Shown in pieces: positions 13,022-22,964 of a stretch of 64,000 bases of DNA. How positions within the stretch are numbered: the first letter of the stretch is position 1; the number at the start of each line of letters is the position of its first letter. The stretch is from positions 3,472,001-3,536,000 of the forward strand of contig OZ176055.1 in assembly GCA_964247055.1 (NCBI GenBank). Reading direction: 5' to 3'. The DNA is from Paragordius varius. Lineage: Eukaryota > Animalia > Nematomorpha. A program made the translations under genes and the position numbers. The notes under the pieces are model-generated. The model had not been told where the DNA came from. It did no database searches and saw only the letters and a program-made list of their open reading frames with translations.

Positions 13022-16000
13022 ATGTCAGGTTATATTTTACCACCCTTAGATAATTGCGATGATAGTCCGTCTTTAGCTGTGAGAGATAGACATTTTAACC
13101 AAAACTTTAACAATAATAATAATAATAACTTTCAACGAACATCTCGAATCCAAGAATATTCAAACGGTAATATGGATCAACGATTCCAAAGAATATCATC
13201 GACTCAAAATGAAAATATTCGATCATCTCCGCTGCACGTTAGTCGAACCAGAGCTGACAATAACTGTTACAACAATGATTCCGTTAATGGACGCCATCAT
13301 AACCAAAATTATCGACATGTTAGTAGTACTAAATATCATCATAACCAAAGCAAAAATATGCATGGCGGTAATAGCAACAATCGACACCAAAATAGTAGAA
13401 GTAATCATTTAGAAGGCAAAAATCTTCCCAATAACAACCGATCATCTCATGCCAACACAAATAAAGCAACTCAACAAACGCTAAATAACAATAGAGCTGG
13501 GGCCGCTGTCCTGCGAGAAAAAACTAATACGTTAGTGAGTAGCAAAAACCGCCGAGCTTTATATTACAGCGATGGCTTGTTGGATGAAACCGGACCGGCC
13601 ATCAACAAAATTGGACCCACGGATGAGAATTTGTGTGCGTCAGATGAGTGTTGTTACAACATTCGATCATTTTTCAGTTCCATCTTTTGTTGTACATGTT
13701 CTTCATCCAGTCATCACCGGGGACACAACTTTAGACACGGCGGGACAATTAATGGGACCCATAGACAAGGGGAATCAACGCATAAAAAATGTCGGTGTTG
13801 CTGTTGTACGTATCATTCCAACAAATCTCGGTTCAGGAAATGTTGTGTAGTTTTTACCACCCTTCTTATCCTTGGAATCGTGGCTGCTGGCATAATTTTA
13901 CCCATGAAATATATGATGCAAGGTATAAATTTTTAAATTTTACAATATTTATCATATTTTTATATGCTAATTTTACTTATTTTATCGATTAGACAAACCA
14001 GCTCTAATAACTAAAAGCAATGGCAGTGAAAAAACTAAGGATCATCAAGCGTCAAAAAATTCTCGATTAAATAACCAAAACGACAAGCGTCCAGTATTAT
14101 CCACCAATTCTGATGTTATTCAAGGGAATACGCCTTCACCTAATTTCGATATAAATGATAATAAAAATAAAATTAATAGTCTAAATATACCCAATGATAG
14201 CGATTTGGTGTTTAACACAAATCCATTTTCTATTGATTCTCCAAGCACATATTCATCATTATTCGATAATAAAGTTACCAATAATTTAGATTCAAACTCA
14301 GAATCAAAGATGAAAAATTCTCTATTTAAAGCACCAACGCTGGCAATTAAGGACAAACAGACTGAAGACGCAAGTATTAATTTTGCCAATTAAACTTTTT
14401 AGAAATCATTAGGGGTTTAAAAATAGAGATAGCTTATAAAATTTACTATTTATTCAAATAACATTTTATGTATTTCATTAAAAAATAGATTCAGATAAGG
14501 GAAACTATCAAGACCAACCAAACAACGAAAATTTAAATGAAAAGTCTGACACAGGATTACCAAACTTATTTGAGAATAACAACTCAATTTTAGCTGTTCC
14601 ATCATCAAGAGAAATTGAGCCACAAACCGAAGATTTGATGCATATAAAACAAGGTAACACTTTCAATTTTAGTTTTTTTCAGTTTTTTTTTATATATATG
14701 CGCCAAAGAACGGTGCTATATAATACAGGGTTGAGGGCAAATAATTATGTTAGATATGTTAAATAAATACCAGCTGATATTTTTTATTTCATTTGCACAT
14801 GCACATTCACGATTTTTTCGCGTTATCACACATACTTTTTAATTTATCACCGTTCTTTGGTTGCAAACCCCGCGGATTGTCACCAATAATACCGTTTTAC
14901 TTTTGATAAACACTCCTTTAACTAACTTTTTATCTTTCTTGTTAAAAGGTGGTGGTGTAACTCAACGAAATCGTCATTGGTTAACAAAATTTGGTAATAA
15001 TCGTTTTCGATCAAAGAACGGTGGCAAATTAAAAAATGATGGTGATGAAAATGGAATTGATGACATTGAGGCACAAAACTCTTACAACTTGAATCGAAAC
15101 GATTTGTTGGATAAAAAATCTTTTGATGAATTCCCCGCACTTTTGATGGATTACACCACACCATCTGCTACAGGCGAAGACGAGAAGGTTAAAAATGTTG
15201 CAGCAGATTTTTCGGAAAGTTTACAAGATTCTCAACAAGAAGCCGTGTTGGTACCACAAATGAAAGAAGATATAACATCCGATATGTACGAATATTATTT
15301 GGCCTCCTCTAAAAAACGATCCAAAAATAAATCATACAATCATCTGAATAATAATATATATGGTACTTTTCGCCCTACACAGACACGTATTATTGATCCA
15401 TCTTTAATGCCCTCCATAAATTCTTATGACATTGATGAACACGATTTAAGACCATATAATTTTTATACTACTCAAAGCAAAAAACCCATGGATTCTATTA
15501 ACGAACACGAAGGCGTAACAATGCCAAGTTATAAATTAAAAGAAAAAAACGAAAAAAAGCGTGAACAGTTATTATATCGACTAAAAAATTTGTATAAAAC
15601 TAAGACCATGCCCCCAAGAAATGCTAGAAAATCCAATTCAAAAATAATAACGCTTGATAATGTCCATAATAGTAATAATGATAATCAACGGTTTGATGGT
15701 GGGCGCAAACCTAGGCGAGATGATGGCAGAATGGCAGCAAGAAGAAAATTTATGAAGGCTTCATATGAATACAAACATAAACCCAAAAATAAAGCCGAAC
15801 CCAAACTCTTAACAACCATCAAAAAAAAGAGAATAGATATTGGTTGGCAATCTAGCACCAAGAAACCGTTCTCCCAAAAGAAGTATTCAATGACAAAACT
15901 GAAATCTAACATAAAGCTTGGGGGGAAAAGTTTCGATGACTACGATATGTATGAACAACAAAGTCCATATATCGTAAATAAAAATATATTAAACGATCCT

Positions 16001-19000
16001 ATAAGCGCAAACAATAATGATATATTTTCCGATGAAGTTCTTGAAAATTCTGCCCAATCTCCAAGGGACCCATTCTTTAATCCACCATTAAAAAATATGC
16101 CAAAAAATCCTCGTCATTCTACAGACCTAACTCCTACAAACATGTATCAATTGGAATTTTTCAGTAAACACGGTTATTTTGATCCAAGAATGGATGTAGA
16201 TATTAACGCTTTATTAAGAGTTCCAGATTATGCACATAGACTAAAAGGGCATCATATTAAAAAGGGCTATAGCAGGAGAAAGGACATTGATATCAATCCA
16301 AAAATTACGACAACCACCTTAAAACCAGAGCTAAATTTAGGCTATAACCCAGTGATAGAATTTAAGAGGCCAACACCCAAAGTCAATGATATGATTGAAC
16401 GGTGGCGTAGCCAACAAATTCGTGATAAGAAAAAAGACAAAAACAAGATAGATCGATTCTGGAAGGGTAAAAAGCGTGAGACAATTTTAGGTGGGGCTGG
16501 TCCAAAAATTGGGAAATTATCTGAAACCACCATGAATAATGAACTGTCCAACTCACAAGTGCCAAACATAGAGCCCATTAATTTACCACTTATCAATAAC
16601 GCCACCTTTCCAACCGTAACTAGCTCTTTTGTGACAGAAGCCCCAATAAGTCTTTTAATCACACCAGAATCAACAACTAAAACAATTAATGATGTTACAA
16701 AAGTTTTACCTGATAATCAACTAGAAATTGATGTGGAAAAACAAAACAATTTTGTGGCCAAATTTGTTGAGAATTTTTTGAAACCGTTGAGACCTCGGAA
16801 ATAATTTTCATATGTTTTTATATAGTTGTGATTTGTATCATATCCACATCTAATATACATATGTTGAGCCAATAAATGTGATGATATAACTTTAATTTAT
16901 GTGTGCGCATGTTTTATGAAATATATCAATGTCAGTAATTTATTATAACATGTAATGATATGATCAAGTTACAGAAAATAATCTATTTTTGTCTAAGTTT
17001 TAAATTGTATTTTTGTTCTTAACATATAAGGATTAAAGATTTAAATTATTTGTAGGCTCATATATATCATTCAAAGTTGTTAAATACTTTTATATGCGGG
17101 GAAAATCAAGGGTGCGTTTCTGTTTATAATATTTTTTTTTACTATTTTTTCTCAAGTCTTAACGCCTTACATTGAGCCTACAACACCAATTAATATTGCC
17201 TCAACAACTGTACCTATGCAGACAAGGGTGGTCACTGATTATCAGGTATAATTTAAGAAAAAATGTGGTATATAACGAAAAATAGGTACTTAGAATGAAT
17301 CTTCATATTCAAAACAATTAATAGCTACTTTCATATATCTGGATTAGAATTATTTGTTTTAAATTTACAACATAATATATTGGCTAGGAGTATATATAAA
17401 CACTAACAACTTATTTGGAACCCAGGTGGCTCTGCAAAAGTTTAATAGGAAAAACGTCTCATCATTTTGATTGGGTCGGACAAATTGTGACGCGTTCGCA
17501 ACTAGTGATAAAGTTCAAACATATGAATAATATGTGTAAAAATTAATAAAAATTTATGTAAAAATGAATTTTGTGAATAATTGATTAATTGTTAAAACTA
17601 TAAAAATCGACGGTTAATTTTATTTTATTTGGGTAAATTTTAACTATATTTACAATTGTGGTATGGATAACTGCCTATTACCATGACATTCATAAGCAAT
17701 CGGACCAGTTGTTTTCTACCGGTTAAAATTCCAACCCTTTTAAAGATTGGAAACTGCTTCAAAAGTTTCACTCAAATAAAAACAGCCGATAATACAGTTA
17801 AAAATAAAATTATGAAGATAAAACGTAAAAGTAAAGAAATATTTTTTTAAAACTGCTATACTTTTTTTATCTCGATTTTTTCTACATAACTTTTAAAAGA
17901 ATTGTAAAATATATAGTTGAGGCTGTTACCAATTTACATCTCTTAATTTTATATTCCACCCAAAAAGATAGGATGGATAATTTTAAAAAAGTATGGTCCA
18001 TTATACTTTCGAATATCAGTCTAATGATATTTAATGATCATTAAGTTGATCGTAAAATATTTATGGAAAGAAAATTAAGCAATGCTTAAGTTATAGTTTT
18101 TTTTCATTTAGATGTTAGATGACCGGGCTATTTCTGCCTTTCGAGGTCTCTTTGTAATAACTCAAGGAAGGGATTCGTTATGGGAATCCGATTACAATAA
18201 TTTAACGACAAACCCGTCAAAATTGTTAAAAGCCAAATACGAACAAAAATTAAACGAACTCTTCCTTAAGCATGAACTAATAGGATCGGCTTACCGCTAT
18301 GCCTTAATTACAGGGATAAAGTTAAAATATATTTCGGATAATAAATTTTTATTTTTTTTTTAGAACAAAAAATATATTTTGCAAAACTAAACAAAATTAA
18401 ATTTTAACAATAGTCAAGGAAGCGTAATCCTCATATTTACGATATTCATGGATCCGGATATGGTACGATATAAAGAAATATCGGCACAACAGTTGGGCAA
18501 AATCATTATAGAAGAAAGTATTAATAAATATTCAACCATGTTTAGTCAAGTCCATATTGATCCCTCAAGCATATACATTGAAGGTAAAATATAATCTATT
18601 TTTTTGCTAAAATTTAAACATTTTGGGCAAAATATCAAATTATTAGTGAAAAAAAACTAAAAGACAAATGTTTTTTTTTCAAATGACAATCATAGTATTT
18701 TATACCTTGAATTAGCCACAACAATTTAATTATAATATTATAAGATGATTTACCAGTACATATCTCTTCTCATATACTTTGCGGTTTAAAACAATGAGTA
18801 ATTATATTAAAAAAGCAAGTTAAAAAAATAATAAAATTAATTATTGCTACCTCCCCGCGGTGTTGGCTGAGGCACGGCAAAGGCAAGTTTCTAATGATCT
18901 GGTTAAATTATTAGATGTACACAAGGGCATGTGTTACGTAAAATAAAATCGTTTCAGATTACCACGAAGTACAAATACTATGAATATGAATTACTTCGTG

Positions 19001-19779
19001 GTCTGATTTGAATCTGTAGTCCTATCCCTTATAATGAGTTGAAAAAATATGGTTGTCATTTGAAAAAAATGTAATTGTCTTTTAGTTTTTACACGTTTTA
19101 TCCGTATAATTTATTTTATTTTTTTTATATATATACAGCCTTTTGTTACAAACATAATTTTACATGTATGGACGGGACGGATTGCATAGAGACAGAAAAA
19201 GTGTGTGATGGTAATATAGATTGTTCAGATGCCTCGGATGAAATGACGTGTGGTAATTTAGTTCGTCAAATTTAATTTACATACAGTTTATTAGGTTTTA
19301 TTTTTTGTGTGGACAATTATTGCAAATTGACCCACTTTTTTCAACTTTTTGACAAATAATTTTATTCTTCAGCATTATATTCAAATGATTATAAATAAAC
19401 TTAAATATTTTTATCATTTTTTTCGGGACAAATTACAATAGAATAAACCTCATAAATGGTTATAAAAGAACAAAAACACGTTTTTTGTGCAAATAAATCC
19501 GTACACAAATCATTTGTTGATATTTTATAATTTTTCAATACAACTATTCTAGTAATATATTTTATATAGAATAAACCCATTCATAAAAGATTTGCAATTT
19601 AAATTTTACCCTAAGTTTTATTGAAATTCATAGTATATGATTAATTTATCATATTATCTAAAGAATGTTCCGACACTGAAATAAAATGTAATGGCGTATG
19701 TCAATCCAACAAAATTATTTGCAATCAATCGTCTTATCCAACCAGCAGCAATTTGACCCCAACCCTGATTCTTAAATAA
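13022..19779 (+). CDS. Type II transmembrane protein: Cys-rich cytosolic tail, TM, long low-complexity stalk, SEA domain, one full and one partial LDL-receptor class A repeat
   Basis: ATG 13022; TM VVFTTLLILGIVAAGIILP after CC clusters. Exons 18112-18320 and 18414-18583 give a SEA pattern (FRGLFVIT...INQGSVILIF...IDPSSIYIE). Exon 19139-19252 is CYKHNFTCMDGTDCIETEKVCDGNIDCSDASDEMTC (LDLa). Exon 19664-19779 is a truncated second repeat ending in TAA. Confidence 0.8.
14949..16804 (+). CDS. Very large low-complexity exon of the SEA/LDLa gene, possibly an alternative terminal exon
   Basis: Acceptor AAAAG at 14948 is in phase 1 with the donor at 14654. The frame stays open for about 618 codons to its own TAA at 16804, with a K/N/D-rich then T/P-rich composition. 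Confidence 0.7.
18846..19040 (+). mobile_element. SINE-like dispersed repeat with an internal stem-loop, copy 1
   Basis: Near-identical core GTACACAAGGGCATGTGTTACGTAAAATAAAATCGTTT(C/T)AGATTACCACGAAGTA shared with 46918-47095. Its 5' part CTCCCCGCGGTGTT recurs at about 21129. Confidence 0.6.
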
Positions 19780-19888
19780 AATTTAGATATCGCGAATTTT
19801 AAAATGGAAAAATAAATTTATTAATATATATATACTAATAATTTAAATAAATTATTAATGACATATATCCATGATGATTAGATTCATT

Positions 19889-22418
19889 TCAATCTATAAT
19901 TCCATCTTGTTTGTTGGCCGGTACAGCTGTATCTAAAAAAACAAAAAAGTATATATTAAACTTGCAAAATGTACGGAATAATTCAAACATCAAAAACCAA
20001 AGTTAAATATTTTTGGAAATGTTATAGTGTATTACCCAAACCCTATTCACTAAATAGAAAAAACAGAACTCTTTATGCCGAATTTTCAGACCATGAAAAA
20101 AATAAAAAAACCTTAACATTTTATCTGTAGTTTAACCCTTTAAAATGTGATATATTATAACTTTCTTTTATCTTATACAGGGGATTACACAACCCTTATC
20201 CATTATATCATTGAAATACCAATTTAACAACAATTATCATTATTGATATTCGAGCACTATTACAGGCCATATATGTATTTTAAATGGCTAAAAGGATATT
20301 TATTTGATTTAACATGACCTGTTTCAATATATGAGATTTTTCGTTCTTATCCAATTTTATTTAAATTAAAAATTTGTAATTTTATGAATGAATGATTAAT
20401 TTTAAAGTGCTTTATTTCGGGATAAAAATTATATAATAGAAATTTTTTTAGATTGATATTTTTTAAACACATAGAGTTGACATTTATATTGTACTCTTTC
20501 CATAAAACTTTAAAAAATTTCTGATAAAAAACCAATTTTCTTGGGATAGGGGAGATTCAAATTGTTCATAAGTTGTATAAATTCATCTCGTGATTTCGTT
20601 AATCTGGGGTTATATCGTTTTTCTTCCCATACAGTTGATACGGTCATACCTATTAATATATGAATGAATATTTTTTTCGATAACTAAAAGTGTGATGTGG
20701 TTTAACACCAAATGACTTTTTACTAAAAAACAATATTTGATAAAATTATATTAAGAATTCATACCATTATAATCGTGACCAAAATATATTTTATAATAGT
20801 CTGGCAAAGAAAAGATAACATGTGAAACTGAATCATACAATTTACCAGGGTCTCCTAAGTTGTATAAATATAATATTTAAATTTTTTTATAAAGACAAAA
20901 TGATTATTTAATACACTTTAAAATTACTTTAAATATGAAAAATTCAATAAAATGGAATAATAACCAGTATGGAATATTCTAGTAATATTGAAGCTTAAAA
21001 TTAAAATAAAAATATACGGTAAAAATAAAACTCATTAACAATTATTTCAATTTCATATATATATATATATATATATTTATATTAATAATAAAAACAACAA
21101 ATTTTTTTTAATTTATATTCGGTACCATCTCCCCGCGGTGTTAGCTAGGGCATTGCTATATTCTTAACATCATTATAACATGATATAGGTTAAAAAAATT
21201 TTAAATGGTTATGTTTAAGCCAAACTTAACCATAGTCTCACTTATATAAATTATTTAAATTACAATGTAATTTTGTATCATGTAAATCATCATATAAAAT
21301 TGGTTCAAAATGTAGCCTATGGCCATATGAATATAGTGTAAGAATATTTTATAAAACAACAAAATCTTAAATCCATTATAAATTTTTTTTTTATTTCACT
21401 ATAAAATTAAAATAATTATTTAAATAAATTATTTTACCGGCCTGAAAATCTGTCCTCCCACAACCCCGAATAAAAAGGGCATCACCGGTAAAACATTTAT
21501 GATGTTTATGCCATATATATGTCATACAACCTAATAAAAACGATAGTATAAAAGTTTAAAAGATAAATTTAACATATACAATTAGGAAGCCAGCTATCAA
21601 ACCCTTAACAAAGATTATGAAAAAACTACTTGGAATAGCTTCTAAATAATTTATATTTAAATAGTATTTTGGGCACGAATAATTGTATAAAAGTGACTTG
21701 TGCATTATTTTAAAATTATTTACTTATATATTTGTTAACAAAATGTAATAAATTAATAAATTTCATGGCCACCTATTATAAGTGTGTTGTTTTTTGGCAA
21801 GTCGATGAAAATAAAAAAATAATTTATCTAATAAAGTATTAATTACATAAAATTTATTATTAATATCTCCCTTTTTGCATATTTTTACAATTTAAACAAG
21901 CCTGAGTTAAACTATATGTTTTTAATAAAGTACTAAAACGTAAACCATTAGTATGACCCTGAGTGGCTTTAGCCAAAATTTTTTCCTCTCCAAACATTAA
22001 TTCTTCCCCATCGTCCAGATGTTTATCGGCATGGGCCTCACTTTCCTTCGATATAACACTTTTGCAACCATTGAATATGGTTTTTAGCTTTTTGGTTCCC
22101 GTAATATGATCTGCATGCATGTGAGTGTTGACTTAAAAAATAAATGTATAATAAATTACTTGCATATATAAGGTTTAATCCTAATTCTTTAATAAGTTTA
22201 GCATCCCTGTCAACTTTTTCTAGCACGGGATCTATTATGATGGCATTTTTAGTTTTCGGATCAGCTAAAAGATAGGTGTATGTCGAAGTTACTGGTTCAA
22301 ATAACTATGGTTGTTATTATACATTTACTTGACGAAAATATATATTTGGTCCTGTATTGGCGGTTGATGCGAATTTGATTAAGAAACGTACGAAATTAGT
22401 TTTACCAACTAGCAACAT
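19889..22418 (-). CDS. ETHE1: Persulfide dioxygenase ETHE1 (metallo-beta-lactamase fold, mitochondrial)
   Basis: Exons give [105 protein letters not shown]. The N-terminus [19 protein letters not shown] has no acidic residues and resembles a transit peptide. The start codon is less certain than the rest. Confidence 0.95.
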
Positions 22419-22964
22419 GTGAAATTACATTTGATTTTATGATATGAAGCTTAAAAAAATTATTGACGAGTGCGAGGAAAAGGGCTTAAATGAAATCGAA
22501 ATTGTGGACAAAGGTCTTGTCAATTTGTATGACCTCCAAGGATTATGTAAATATAATACTTATAAATACAGTGACTTTAAGGAAACTGACTAGGCTTACT
22601 TTAAGCCATAATAAAATAGAATGTATTCCTTATAAATAACAATATTTAGCTCTACCCCCTGGAATCGCTGGCCTAGAATCATTAGAAATATTAAATTTGT
22701 TTAATAATTGCCTAGAGGTTAAAAATTTGTATATTTATAGGAATTACCTACCACTTTGAGTTCTTTACCAAAATTAAGGATTTTGAATTTAAGGTGATTT
22801 TATTATTTATATAGGGTAGTTTCAATTGTTTAAACACTTTACCACGAGGGTTTGGATCATTTTTATCTCTTGAAATATTGGATTTGACATATAACAATCT
22901 CTCAGAAAAATCATTGCCTTCAAATTTTTTTATGATGGGTATTTAGCACATATTCATATACTAG
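22132..22964. other. Cluster of seven 23-28 nt GT-AG micro-introns (2 in ETHE1, 5 in RSU1)
   Basis: ETHE1 (-): 22305-22328 (24 nt), 22132-22159 (28). RSU1 (+): 22547-22571 (25), 22623-22649 (27), 22718-22740 (23), 22794-22819 (26), 22939-22964 (26). Each must be removed to keep the conserved protein in frame and stop-free. Confidence 0.9.
22419..22443. promoter_or_regulatory. 25-bp interval between the divergent ETHE1 and RSU1 start codons
   Basis: CAT at 22416-22418 and ATG at 22444-22446. Promoter elements themselves were not identified. Confidence 0.6.

Noticed and set aside
13209-16662. Overlapping alternate-frame and antisense ORFs within the large exons (also 30120..30344, 60374..60718, 61965..62432)
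   Set aside because: Expected by-products of long coding exons; no independent motifs or signals.
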